Notes: generated by a model not told the origin, from the sequence alone. A stretch of DNA of 64,000 nt from an uncultured delta proteobacterium (GCA_963708295.1 CAVPSJ010000015.1:64001-128000); one strand, 5' to 3'; counted from the first letter of the stretch, positions 18,132 to 27,215 are shown. Made by a program: numbers and translations.

Positions 18132-20699
18132 TCAGCGCTTGCGGGGCTTGGCCTGTCTTGTGGGGACCGCTTTCCACGGGTCATCCGGCCAGGGATGTTT
18201 CGGGTAGCGGCCTTTCAGCTCCTTCTTCACCTGCGGGTATCCGCTGTCCCAGAAGCCCTTCAGGTCTTGGGTCACCTGAACCGGCTTGCGGGCCGGAGAC
18301 AGGAGATGGAGGAGCACCTTTACCCGTCCACCGGCAATTTTCGGAGTGTCCGCCAGGCCGAACATCTCCTGCAGCTTTACGGCCAGGATCGGGATACCTC
18401 CGGAGCCGTAATCCAGCGTTACCCGGTGGCCGCTGGGTACGGGGAGGGATGCGGGTGCGTTCTCGTTCAGCAGCCGCCGCTGCTCCCATGACAATCGGGC
18501 GCGCAGGGGCGCCTGGAGGTCCAGGGCTGCCAGTTGTTCCCGGGTACGGATTCCCTTCAGCCAGGTCATGAGCCACTCTTCGGGGACCGAGAGGAGACGT
18601 GTTTCCGACAGGTCCGGCCAGTTCTCCGCAGGGAAGGTCCTTTTCATCAGATTCACCCGGCCCTGGAGCTGCCGGGCCTCTTCGCTGAAGACGATCCTGG
18701 CGGAGCCCGACCGGACGGCTTCGCAGAGGAGGGGGGCCACTTCCTCCTCTTTGGGTACAAAAGGCCTGGCGGATAATTGCAGGGCCCCCAGCTTCTCCTC
18801 AAGGGTAGCGATGATCCTCCCTTCCCTTTTGTCCCATTCCACCCGCCTGATGCTCTCGATGCCCTCGCTCAGTTCCTCCCGGAGGAGATCTTCGGCTACC
18901 GGCTCGGCCAGGTGCACCATGCCCTCGACTTTCTCCCCTGCATCCACATGCGCCGCGATGATAAAGGGGCTCTTCGTAAGGGGGCTCATGGAAGGAAGCC
19001 GCACGCCCCTTCCCTGGCAGAGGATGAAACGCCCGGTTCCTTCCTCTCGCCTCTTCGCGATCCGGTCGGGAAAGGCGCGCAGAAGGAGACGGGGGATGGT
19101 CGTGCCCTGCTTTTCTCTGCATGCTCTGGAATCCCCGGCCACAGGGCCGGCCATAAGACTCAGGAGCTGCTGCGATGCCCGGTCCACGGCTCTCAGCGCC
19201 CAGGGATCGGTTCCACCCGGGGCTTCTTTTCGCTTTCGCCACTGCTGCAGAAGGTCGAGTCTTCCGCCGAGGTCGGATCCTTCGCCATGCGCCATGAAGC
19301 CGGATGCCTCACGGCGGAGGATGTCCCGCTCCGAAAGAAGGGCCGCCAGGTCAGCACCGAGTCGAGGGCAGCCGAGTTCGGAAGCCCTCTGCGACAGCCG
19401 CCCGAGCCGGGGATGGAGCGGCAGCCGGGCCATCGACCGGCCGACCGGAGTTGCCGAGCCCTCAGGGTCAAGGGCGCCTAATTCCATGAGAAGACGCCGG
19501 CCCGATTCCCATGCGGCCTTCGGCGGGGGGGACAGCCAGGAGAGTTCGCTCGGGTCCTTCACTCTCCACACCGCCAGTTCGAGTATCAGTGGGGAGAGGT
19601 CGGCCAAGAGCATTTCCGGCGGGGTAAAAGGAATCATTCCTTGAAAAGCATGGCGGCTGTAAAGACGGTAGCAGACGCCCGGACCAAGACGGCCGGCCCG
19701 GCCTTTCCGCTGGTCCGCCGCCGCCTTGGAAACCGCGACCGTAACCAGACGGTTCATGCCGGTGGCCGGGTCATGCTGGAGCCTCCGGGTCAGGCCGCTG
19801 TCGATCACCACCTTCACCCCTTCGATGGTCAGGCTCGTTTCGGCGATGTTCGTCGCCAGAACGATCTTTCGTTTTGCCGAAGGGAGAATCGCGCGCTCCT
19901 GCTCTTCAAAGGGGAGGTCTCCGTAAAGAGGATGAATGGAGATGGAGGCCGCTTTGTCTTCCAGAGCGGCCCGCAAAGATTCGCAGCAGGCGCGGATCTC
20001 ACCCCCGCCGGGCAGGAAGACGAGAATGTCGCCGGAGGTCTCCCGCAGGGCGCTGATGACCACCGCCGTCATCCTCGCATAAAGGGGCCTATCCTGCCCG
20101 TCCGGGAGGTAGCGCTCTTCCACCGGAAAGGCTTCGCCGGGTGAGGAGATCACCGGCGCCCCGTCCATTAGCGAGGCTACCGGCCCGCAGTCCAGTGTCG
20201 CCGACATGACGAGAATCTTGAGGTCTTTCCTGAGGCTGCGGCGGATGTCGAGACAGAGCGCCATCGCGAGGTCGGCCTGGAGGCTCCGCTCATGGAACTC
20301 GTCGAAGATGACCATGGCCACACCCTCCAGACCGGGATCCGTCTGTATGCGCCGGGTGAGGATTCCCTCGGTGACCACTTCAATCCGGGTCTTTTCCGAA
20401 GCCCGGCTTTCGAACCGGATGGAATAGCCCATGGTCCCCCCGATCTCCTCGCCGAGGGTTTTGGCCATCCACCGGGCCGCGGAGACCGCCGCGATCCGGC
20501 GCGGTTCGAGCATCAGGATCCGTCCCTTTTCCGGGGGGATCACGTCGAGCAGCGCCAGGGGGGTGCGCGTCGTCTTCCCCGAACCGGGCGGAGCCTGCAG
20601 AACCGCTGAAGAGCCGGCCAGCACCGTTTCCTTTATCCTCGGAAGGATTTCGTCGATGGGGAAAGATTTCCCCTCCAGGACCTTCTTCATAGGATTCAT
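18132..20699 (-). CDS. hrpB: ATP-dependent RNA helicase HrpB
   Basis: APPGSGKTT, EPRRIAA, DEFHER, MSAT, ATNIAETSLTI, QRKGRAGR; C-terminal LQEMFG...GRYPKHPWP. Confidence 0.95.
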   Translation of the reverse strand: MNPMKKVLEGKSFPIDEILPRIKETVLAGSSAVLQAPPGSGKTTRTPLALLDVIPPEKGRILMLEPRRIAAVSAARWMAKTLGEEIGGTMGYSIRFESRASEKTRIEVVTEGILTRRIQTDPGLEGVAMVIFDEFHERSLQADLAMALCLDIRRSLRKDLKILVMSATLDCGPVASLMDGAPVISSPGEAFPVEERYLPDGQDRPLYARMTAVVISALRETSGDILVFLPGGGEIRACCESLRAALEDKAASISIHPLYGDLPFEEQERAILPSAKRKIVLATNIAETSLTIEGVKVVIDSGLTRRLQHDPATGMNRLVTVAVSKAAADQRKGRAGRLGPGVCYRLYSRHAFQGMIPFTPPEMLLADLSPLILELAVWRVKDPSELSWLSPPPKAAWESGRRLLMELGALDPEGSATPVGRSMARLPLHPRLGRLSQRASELGCPRLGADLAALLSERDILRREASGFMAHGEGSDLGGRLDLLQQWRKRKEAPGGTDPWALRAVDRASQQLLSLMAGPVAGDSRACREKQGTTIPRLLLRAFPDRIAKRREEGTGRFILCQGRGVRLPSMSPLTKSPFIIAAHVDAGEKVEGMVHLAEPVAEDLLREELSEGIESIRRVEWDKREGRIIATLEEKLGALQLSARPFVPKEEEVAPLLCEAVRSGSARIVFSEEARQLQGRVNLMKRTFPAENWPDLSETRLLSVPEEWLMTWLKGIRTREQLAALDLQAPLRARLSWEQRRLLNENAPASLPVPSGHRVTLDYGSGGIPILAVKLQEMFGLADTPKIAGGRVKVLLHLLSPARKPVQVTQDLKGFWDSGYPQVKKELKGRYPKHPWPDDPWKAVPTRQAKPRKR

Positions 20700-20848
20700 T
20701 AAAGCCCACTTTCAAATGGCGGGTCAAGTGCTCAAAAAACAAGGGTGGAGTGGGGTGTCAAGCAGCAAGCGATCGTAATTAAAGCTTCCGGCTGTAAATG
20801 GATCCGGAGGTCGCGTTAAAGAGAAACTCTTGACTTTATATAAGCTGA

Positions 20849-20866
20849 TGTGCACAGTGTAATACA
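20849..20866 (+). promoter_or_regulatory. Probable autoregulatory operator of the RHH antitoxin
   Basis: Adjacent palindromes TGTGCACA and TGTAATACA just upstream of the RBS; TTGACT at 20830. Confidence 0.45.
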
Positions 20867-20886
20867 GGTTCATCAGGAGGTGTCTT

Positions 20887-21105
20887 ATGACTACGGCAAT
20901 ATCCGTTAGGCTCCCTAAAACGCTTGCCGATCGGCTAGACAGCATCGCCAAAGAAACTGAAAGATCTCGCTCTTTCATTATCCAAAAAGCTTTAGAGTCC
21001 TACATGGAAGAGTATGCGGATCTCCAGGTTGCCTTGGACCGATTCCATGATCAAACAGATTCGGTTATCTCAGGGAAAGAGTTGAGGAAGACCCTTGGCC
21101 TATAA
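20887..21105 (+). CDS. Ribbon-helix-helix (CopG/RelB-like) antitoxin
   Basis: ISVRLPKTLADRLDSIAKETERSRSFIIQKALESY; AGGAGG RBS. Confidence 0.85.
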   Translation: MTTAISVRLPKTLADRLDSIAKETERSRSFIIQKALESYMEEYADLQVALDRFHDQTDSVISGKELRKTLGL

Positions 21106-21202
21106 TATCGTTTACAAGAAGTCAGTTCAGCGTGATCTGAAAAAGCTCTCTAAGGCAGAGGCTCATCACGGTTTAAATCAAAAGGATCCTGTAATCATAT
21201 AG
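21095..21202 (+). pseudogene. RelE/ParE toxin truncated after about 29 codons
   Basis: TTG-start MAYNIVYKKSVQRDLKKLSKAEA is a typical RelE N-terminus overlapping the antitoxin stop; catalytic C-terminal half missing. Confidence 0.7.
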
Positions 21203-21261
21203 GGGATCCCGCATTCATCCAGTTTAGACAAAAGGAGTTTCAGGCCATCTTCAGACGTCAG
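21178..21261 (-). pseudogene. Nucleotidyltransferase-family gene truncated at the GS motif
   Basis: Manual translation LTSEDGLKLLLSKLDECGIPYMITGSF-stop; overlaps the stop of 21258..21509. Confidence 0.65.
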
Positions 21262-21509
21262 GGTAGGATGTCGCGAGCACTGGGATAGGCTCGAAGGAAA
21301 AGGTCTTCGGGAAGCAGGCACCGGATGACGGCAAGCCTGATCTGCTCTTCATCGTAGTTTGGATGGCGTTTCCGGATTCCTTCCGCCAGCAGGGTGCGGC
21401 AGGTTTCAGATAGTAGGGCCGCGGCCTGGAGACGTTTTTGGGGTTCCATACGTCGAAAGATTTCGATCTGGACTTTTTCAGCGTCAGAACTCGTGTCAAG
21501 CGGTCTCAT
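21258..21509 (-). CDS. Small helical protein of the kind paired with nucleotidyltransferases (putative antitoxin)
   Basis: DTSSDAEKVQ..FRRMEPQKRL...GIRKRHP motif; directly followed by the nucleotidyltransferase stub. Confidence 0.7.
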   Translation of the reverse strand: MRPLDTSSDAEKVQIEIFRRMEPQKRLQAAALLSETCRTLLAEGIRKRHPNYDEEQIRLAVIRCLLPEDLFLRAYPSARDILP

Positions 21510-21558
21510 GGGGTGATGATTCTATTCATTTTCAGTGCCCACTGGGCGAATAGAAATT

Positions 21559-21633
21559 TGGAGCCCACGGACGGATTTGAACCGCCGACCCGCTGATTAC
21601 AAATCAGCAGCTCTACCACTGAGCTACGTGGGC
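21559..21633 (-). tRNA. tRNA-Thr(UGU)
   Basis: GCCCACG acceptor stem, TAGCTCAGTGGTAGAGC D-arm, GCTGA-TTTGTAA-TCAGC anticodon arm, GGTTCAAATCC T-loop, encoded CCA. Confidence 0.97.
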
Positions 21634-21705
21634 TAGAATAAAAAAGGACGAATCCCTTTCGTCCTTTTTTATTACCATATTACTGTTCACCGGTCAACTT
21701 ACTCA

Positions 21706-21790
21706 TAAGGCCATAATTGAGAAGACATAGCTAAATCTGCTCCGGGAAATTCCCATCCCCCTCCCGACCTTCCCCCTTGAAGGGGGAGGA
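21706..21790 (+). repeat. Gene-less copy of the DUF559-associated hairpin element
   Basis: TAAGGCCATAATTGAGAAGACAT (18/23 to 53232-53254) followed by the TCCCCCTTGAAGGGGGA hairpin. Confidence 0.5.
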
Positions 21791-21904
21791 ACATATACGG
21801 ACCGGTAAATGATGCTCAAGATGAAAGCTCAAGACTCAAAGACAAAATTGAATTTTCTCAGGCGATCAGCCATCAGCCATAAGCTATAAGCTATCCGCTG
21901 CGTG

Positions 21905-23509
21905 TTACCTCTTTTTTGCTTCGATCGCTTTTTCTAAAATTTTGATTCCTTCTTGAGAGGCGTTGACGGACTGGGCCAGAGATTCCCTTGCCTGCTCGGG
22001 GTTGTGGAATCCGTCGCTGTTTTCGGCTGTCCACCATTCCCAGAGGATATGGGCCTTATCGTGGAACGGCCGCACCTGGCTCAAAACATCCTCCCCGACA
22101 CCGACGTCCTTCGCCAGGGTATACGTATCGATCAGTTGCCCCAGCCAGAATTCCGCCTTTCTCATTTTCCCGCGGATATAATTCTGGATGGCATCCACCT
22201 GATACTCGGCTTCTTCCTGGGACCAGTAAGGGTGGCAGTGGACACAGGTGTCTTTGAGCATGTACCTTGCGCTCCGCTGGCCATGGAAAGTAAAAACATT
22301 TCCCTTCTTATCTTTGATCCTTGGCATATGACAATCTCTGCATTCCACCCCTTTGCGTTCGTGCCTGCTTCCCCAAAAGGTTTCAACCTCCGGGTGTTGA
22401 AGTTTCGTCAGCGGGGCCCCGGTGACAGCGTGTCTAAAATCCTTGAAGCCTATGTCGGCATATCGCTTCTGAACGTCGAACACATTCACCCAGGGAAAAT
22501 AGTTGGCCCTCCGGTCGTCCATGGTGACGGATGCGCCGGTCTTCGGGTCGAACCCTGGGTTGCAATTGTATTCGACATGGCACTGGGCACAAAGAAGATT
22601 GGAGTCAGATTTGTTGAGGAGCCCAATTGCTCGAAAGGGTTTCCCATCCCGTTGGAATTCGATCTTCTTCATCGTCACACTTTTGCTTTTTTCTTTATCA
22701 TACGGATAGGTCCCGTTTCCCCGGTCCGCGACCGCGTCGATCAACGCATCGCGGACCACCCTTGCCTGGGCCGCATGAGGGTCGTGGCAATGAATACAAC
22801 CCATAGGATTCTGAATATACTTCTTCGCCATTTCCATGGCTGCCGGGTTCCCCCCTCTCTTCAAATCGGTGGCAGGATGGGAGTCACCCCGATAAGGCCA
22901 CTTCAAGATGGTGTCTGTCGTCTTGCAGGCGAAGCAGACCGTATTTGCCGCTTTGGCTGTCTGAGGTAATTCTTTTCCCGTATCCGCAACGATATCCCAT
23001 GCCTTTCCGGTCTTCGTGATATCCTTCCAGTTCTTCAACTGGAACCTTCCTCCATAGGCTCGGTCCACCAGGAGATGATCCGTGACCATAAAGACGTGGG
23101 ATCTGGGCTCATCGTGTTCCTTTGTAAAGCCGTGAGGCATCAAAAGCTTATCGGAGGTAGGAGATCGGCTTGTCGTGGTGGCTTTCTCAACTCTGGCTTT
23201 TGACTTCAGATTGACCGACATCAAGGTCTCATACTGGGAAGGATGGCATTTGCCGCAGAGACTGAGCTCCAGGTTCGTTCCCGGGGGTTTCTCGGGATCT
23301 TTCAGGTGCTCGGTGAGTTGGCCATGACACATGGAACAGGGTAGGGCGGTATGTTTATTTCCCACCTTGAGGGATTTGATCTCCTCGTGACACTCATAGC
23401 ATGCTGCCTCCTGCTTTGGGATGGTTTCCTTTGCAGAAGAGGCATAGGAGAAATAAAAAATCAGAGACAGAAAGCAAAGGGTTGAAATGAAGAAAAGTTT
23501 TCTTGGCAT
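21905..23509 (-). CDS. nrfA: Octaheme cytochrome c nitrite reductase (ONR/TvNiR type, NrfA superfamily)
   Basis: Signal peptide; 7 CxxCH (CYECH, CSMCH, CGKCH, CIHCH, CAQCH, CRDCH, CVHCH) plus catalytic CFACK; CHVEYNC, KLQHPE, AENSDGFHNP. Confidence 0.92.
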   Translation of the reverse strand: MPRKLFFISTLCFLSLIFYFSYASSAKETIPKQEAACYECHEEIKSLKVGNKHTALPCSMCHGQLTEHLKDPEKPPGTNLELSLCGKCHPSQYETLMSVNLKSKARVEKATTTSRSPTSDKLLMPHGFTKEHDEPRSHVFMVTDHLLVDRAYGGRFQLKNWKDITKTGKAWDIVADTGKELPQTAKAANTVCFACKTTDTILKWPYRGDSHPATDLKRGGNPAAMEMAKKYIQNPMGCIHCHDPHAAQARVVRDALIDAVADRGNGTYPYDKEKSKSVTMKKIEFQRDGKPFRAIGLLNKSDSNLLCAQCHVEYNCNPGFDPKTGASVTMDDRRANYFPWVNVFDVQKRYADIGFKDFRHAVTGAPLTKLQHPEVETFWGSRHERKGVECRDCHMPRIKDKKGNVFTFHGQRSARYMLKDTCVHCHPYWSQEEAEYQVDAIQNYIRGKMRKAEFWLGQLIDTYTLAKDVGVGEDVLSQVRPFHDKAHILWEWWTAENSDGFHNPEQARESLAQSVNASQEGIKILEKAIEAKKR

Positions 23510-23598
23510 AGAGAGACCTCCTTCGGAGCAGGGAGACTTTTCCCGTATTTGGATCTCACCGTTATTTTATTGCAGGGACGGCTTAAATCAAAGAAAAA

Positions 23599-23688
23599 TT
23601 ATTTGGTACCGGCGAGGAGCACGACGACGGTCCATCCAAAAAGGATGACCAGGAAGATGATGAATTGTTTGACCAGCTTTGGGTCCAT
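23599..23688 (-). CDS. 29-aa single-pass membrane peptide, not in the ORF track
   Basis: AAGGAGGG RBS 4 nt before ATG; MDPKLVKQFIIFLVILFGWTVVVLLAGTK-stop. Confidence 0.6.
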   Translation of the reverse strand: MDPKLVKQFIIFLVILFGWTVVVLLAGTK

Positions 23689-23881
23689 GAATCCCTCCTT
23701 ATTACTCAGAGGCTGAAGACATTTTGTATTTAACTTCGGTCGTGTTATATATCAAAAGTAAGCTTTTGGCCCCGGCGGCACAAGATCGCGGCCGACGCAG
23801 CATCAGGTTTGGCGGAGATGCTACCCGCGGGGGTAGGGCGGAGTGCCAGGGGCTTTGCCCGTCATCCCACCAGAAACCATT

Positions 23882-24868
23882 ATGAAAAAAATTGAAAGTT
23901 ATTTCAAGAGGCAAGAATGGGCGAACCCCTTTAGAAATTCCTGCGGGACATCGAACCCCGTCAGATTTATTCTTGGACCCAACCCCGCCGCAGGGCAACG
24001 GAGCATCATTTCTAACGGGGCGAAAGCCCTGCTCTGGGTCGGGATACTTCTTCTCGCCTCCTTCCCTTCTTTTGCAGGATCGATCAGAGACGTCAGCCAG
24101 AATGTGGAGAGGGTCAAGTCGATCGAACCTCCCTTCCGCTTTACCCTCATCGGAGACAGCAGGGACGGAGAAAAGGTTTATGTTCGGTTGCTGGGGAGTG
24201 CCCTTGAACGAAACCCTCATTTCCTCATCCACTTAGGAGACATGATTTCCCATCCCGAAGAGAAAGAATGGCAGAATTTTATTGAGATTTCGAAGCCCAT
24301 CCATGTTCCTTTCTTTCCCGTGGTAGGAAATCATGAGGTATTCCCTGGCGGCCGAGGAGAAAAGCTTTACCGCGAGCAATTCCATCTTCCTGATGGAAAA
24401 ACCTATTATGCCTTTCGAGCGGGGGGAGTCCTTTTTGTTATCCTGGATTCGGAAATAGGGAGGGGAAGGATCATCCATGAACAGTTATCATGGTTGGAGG
24501 ATATTTTGTCATCTTCCAAAGAGAGATTCAAGCTGGCATTTATTCATCGTCCCCTTTTTCTTCCGATCGATAGTTTGAAAAAAGGGAGGGGCATGGATCG
24601 GCATCCCCTCGATCGAGATGTTCTCCACCGGCTCTTTGTGCAGACAGGAGTGACTGCTGTCTTCGAAGGCGATGATCATCGGTACAACCGAATGGAGAAA
24701 GATCGTATTCTCTACCTTATCACCGGAGGCGGGGGGGCCCCGCTCACGTCCTTCAAAGTAAGAGGGCGTTTTTTTCATTTTGTCTGTGTTTCTGTTCAGC
24801 AGGAGAGGATCGAAGGGGAAGTGGTGGATCTGGAAGGCCGGGTTCGAGACCGATTCACGATCGAATAG
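23882..24868 (+). CDS. Calcineurin-like metallophosphoesterase
   Basis: IGDSR, HLGDM, VGNHE, FIHRP, GDDHRY, ITGGGGAPL; start uncertain. Confidence 0.88.
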   Translation: MKKIESYFKRQEWANPFRNSCGTSNPVRFILGPNPAAGQRSIISNGAKALLWVGILLLASFPSFAGSIRDVSQNVERVKSIEPPFRFTLIGDSRDGEKVYVRLLGSALERNPHFLIHLGDMISHPEEKEWQNFIEISKPIHVPFFPVVGNHEVFPGGRGEKLYREQFHLPDGKTYYAFRAGGVLFVILDSEIGRGRIIHEQLSWLEDILSSSKERFKLAFIHRPLFLPIDSLKKGRGMDRHPLDRDVLHRLFVQTGVTAVFEGDDHRYNRMEKDRILYLITGGGGAPLTSFKVRGRFFHFVCVSVQQERIEGEVVDLEGRVRDRFTIE

Positions 24869-24885
24869 GGCCGGCAGGGCGAAAC

Positions 24886-25000
24886 AATGTCAAATGTCAA
24901 TGTCCGAAGATCAAGGGAAATCCAAGATCTAAATGTCCAAGTATATTTCTTGGCATTTAGTCATTTGTCCTGAAATTGACATTCTGGCTTTGGCATTTGC
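24886..25000. repeat. Degenerate heptamer repeat tracts in inverted arrangement
   Basis: AATGTCA-like units followed by TGGCATT/TGACATT units; similar tracts at 21810-21900, 25398-25430 and 57208-57236. Confidence 0.45.
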
Positions 25001-25098
25001 ACTGGCTTGGATCAATCCTTCTGGGGGATAGGTTCTGATAGGTTCGATAACGGGATCTGGAATATCTGATATCGAATCAATGAGAAAGGAGTAAGGAG

Positions 25099-25398
25099 AT
25101 GAGGATGGGGTTGGCTCTGGTTGCAGTGGGGGTGTTGATCCTCCTGGACCGAATGGGTGCGGGATACGGGATCAGGGAAGGGTGGCCATGGATTGTCGTC
25201 GCCCTTGGGATAGGCGGTATTTTCAGCGATCGAAAAAGTCCGGCTGCCTGGGTGACGATGATCGTCGGAATCCTCATCCTTGGAGCAAAATATTACTCTC
25301 TCCACTTTTCGATCCCCGGGGTCATCCGGACTTATTTCCTGCCCATCCTGCTCATCGTGATCGGGCTCCTCTGGCTGTGGAAATATCAAAAGGATTGA
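25099..25398 (+). CDS. Small membrane protein (LiaF/DUF5668-like)
   Basis: GLALVAVGVLILL, WPWIVVALG, LPILLIVIGL; 4 TM; AAGGAG RBS. Confidence 0.75.
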   Translation: MRMGLALVAVGVLILLDRMGAGYGIREGWPWIVVALGIGGIFSDRKSPAAWVTMIVGILILGAKYYSLHFSIPGVIRTYFLPILLIVIGLLWLWKYQKD

Positions 25399-25490
25399 TT
25401 CCAAATTCGGAACTCGGATTTCGGAATCTCAATCGAAAATATTACCAAGAGCATGAAGTAGTTTACATTTTATACATCTTAAAATTGGCT

Positions 25491-25712
25491 TTTCACCGCC
25501 CATTCGCCCTGGAAGAGCAGGGCTCATTAGAGACGCGGAGGGCGCAGAGGAAGATAATCTTAGGGAGAATCGGGAGATACCGATTCTCCCTAAGGCCTCT
25601 GGCTTTTGGCCAAAAAATTACACAAAAGATACGTGATCTTTTTATTTGTCGGTATCTCCCGACAAACAAAAAACTCTCTTATCTCAGCGTTCTCTGAGCC
25701 TCTGCGGTGAAA
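25491..25712. mobile_element. Miniature inverted-repeat element with nested hairpins
   Basis: Ends TTTCACCGC / GCGGTGAAA, AGAGACGCGGAGGGCGCAGAG versus CTCAGCGTTCTCTGAGCCTCT, internal CTTAGGGAGAATCGG...CCGATTCTCCCTAAG hairpin. Confidence 0.55.
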
Positions 25713-25723
25713 TCTATAGTATT

Positions 25724-26077
25724 TCAGATCTTTCTCGCGGGGATAAGTCCAGCGACGACCAACACGGTCATCACTTCCTTCCCCCTATTGGTCAGCTCGT
25801 GAAATTGACCGATGGGGATATGAACCGCATCTCCGGGTTTCACTTCGCAGATTTCCTCACCGACCTGCATGCGGCCTTGACCGGTATGAATATAGTAGAT
25901 CTCCTCCATGGGGTCCACATGGCCGATGAGTGTTTCGCCGGGTGGGACATAGGCGTGGGCAAGAAACATCAGGGTCTGAAGATGCCGCGTGTCGAGAATC
26001 ATGTGTGCGATGCCGCCTCCATGAGCCTGGTAGCGGGTCGCTTTCACCTCAGGGTGTTCTAAGTTGCGTCGTATCAT
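25724..26077 (-). CDS. Cupin domain protein
   Basis: VPPGETLIGHVDPMEEIYY...G.G...VKPGDAVHIPIGQFHELTN. Confidence 0.85.
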   Translation of the reverse strand: MIRRNLEHPEVKATRYQAHGGGIAHMILDTRHLQTLMFLAHAYVPPGETLIGHVDPMEEIYYIHTGQGRMQVGEEICEVKPGDAVHIPIGQFHELTNRGKEVMTVLVVAGLIPARKI

Positions 26078-26121
26078 CGGTTGTCCTTTCTTACACTCGT
26101 CTTTTCATTCACGATATTTTA

Positions 26122-26316
26122 ACAGGTTGGTGAAAAATAGCCATCAGCGCAGTAGGGACGCATATATGCGTCCCCTACAATGGATTTTTTGGGCCCCCGT
26201 AAACGGGATTTCGCAAGCTCCACTTGCATCTGCCTGCCTGCGCGAAGTCCCGCCTTGCGGGACGAAGGCAGGGCCCTTTTTGAGCAACCTGGGAAAGATG
26301 ACTTCTTCAGCAGCCT
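26122..26316. mobile_element. Miniature element with IS5/IS1182-like ends and internal GTAG-type hairpin
   Basis: ACAGGTTGGTGAAAAA ... TTTTTGAGCAACCTG ... TTCTTCAGCAGCCT; internal GTAGGGACGCATATATGCGTCCC. Confidence 0.5.
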
Positions 26317-26432
26317 TGCTAATTAATAGAAGAGTGGAAATCAAAACAAAATGACTCAACCCAGAAAGGGGACTTGAACACAGGAACCCATTGGGTTATG
26401 AAGAGGCCTAAAACATTCTGGGGGAGCGACCT

Positions 26433-27215
26433 ATGCCGGAAGTAACCGAAGGGGTCTATCACATTCCAGGACAGGATGAATTCATGCCGGATTCCCACGC
26501 GTATGTTTTGGGTAAACCTTCCTCTCAAAACCTCTCCCTTGTCGATGCCGGCTTGACGGGGAAGGGGAGTTACAAGATCAAGGCTGTCCAAAAAGCAGGG
26601 ATTGAATTGTCATCGATCAAAAGGGTGATCATGACTCACACGCATCTGGATCACATCGGGTGCTTCGCCGAGATCCTGAAGCAGCTTCCCTGGGCGGAAC
26701 TGTGGGTGCACGGGTCAGAAGCCGATCTCCTGGAGAAGGGAGATGAGAGGGCTGTTTACGGGATGGACATGTTTCGAGAGTATTGCCAGGGACAGCTTCA
26801 CCTCAAGCCGGGTGCCTTCAAGTGTCAGGTGAATCGGAAACTGCAAGGGGGCGAGACCCTGGATATTGGCGACATGACCTGGGAGGTCATCCACATCCCG
26901 GGCCACTCCATGGGCAGCATTGGCCTTTATCATCGCCCCATGAAAGTCCTGATTCCGGGGGATGTCGTCTATGCCGATTATGCGATTGGTCGTTTTGACC
27001 TCTTCGGGGCTGACCCGGGCAGGCTCAAAGAATCTCTGATGGGTTTGGCTAATTTAGAAGTGGACATTCTTCTCCCCGGTCACAACCAGATTGTCAAAGG
27101 CCTTCCGAAGGGCTATATCCTCAAGACGGCCAAACAGTGGGAATCCTATCTGACAGGCGCTGAAAAACGCCCATCTGTCCCGCGCTTCGCGATTACCTCA
27201 TTCTCGCCCTGTTAG
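26433..27215 (+). CDS. MBL-fold metallo-hydrolase
   Basis: THTHLDHIG, HIPGHS, PGD, LPGH; the last ~20 aa derive from the repeat starting at 27153. Confidence 0.9.
   Translation: MPEVTEGVYHIPGQDEFMPDSHAYVLGKPSSQNLSLVDAGLTGKGSYKIKAVQKAGIELSSIKRVIMTHTHLDHIGCFAEILKQLPWAELWVHGSEADLLEKGDERAVYGMDMFREYCQGQLHLKPGAFKCQVNRKLQGGETLDIGDMTWEVIHIPGHSMGSIGLYHRPMKVLIPGDVVYADYAIGRFDLFGADPGRLKESLMGLANLEVDILLPGHNQIVKGLPKGYILKTAKQWESYLTGAEKRPSVPRFAITSFSPC

Larger units (their letters stand above)
12400..21605. mobile_element. Decayed composite genomic island integrated at the 3' half of tRNA-Thr(UGU)
   Basis: 23-bp duplicate of the tRNA 3' end at 12400-12422, further att-like copies, tyrosine integrase remnant, TA remnants and mixed GC content (AT-rich 14-18 kb, GC-rich hrpB). 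Confidence 0.6.

Noticed and set aside
23702-24232. 176-aa minus-strand ORF
   Set aside because: Largely overlaps the well-supported metallophosphoesterase on the other strand and has no motifs.
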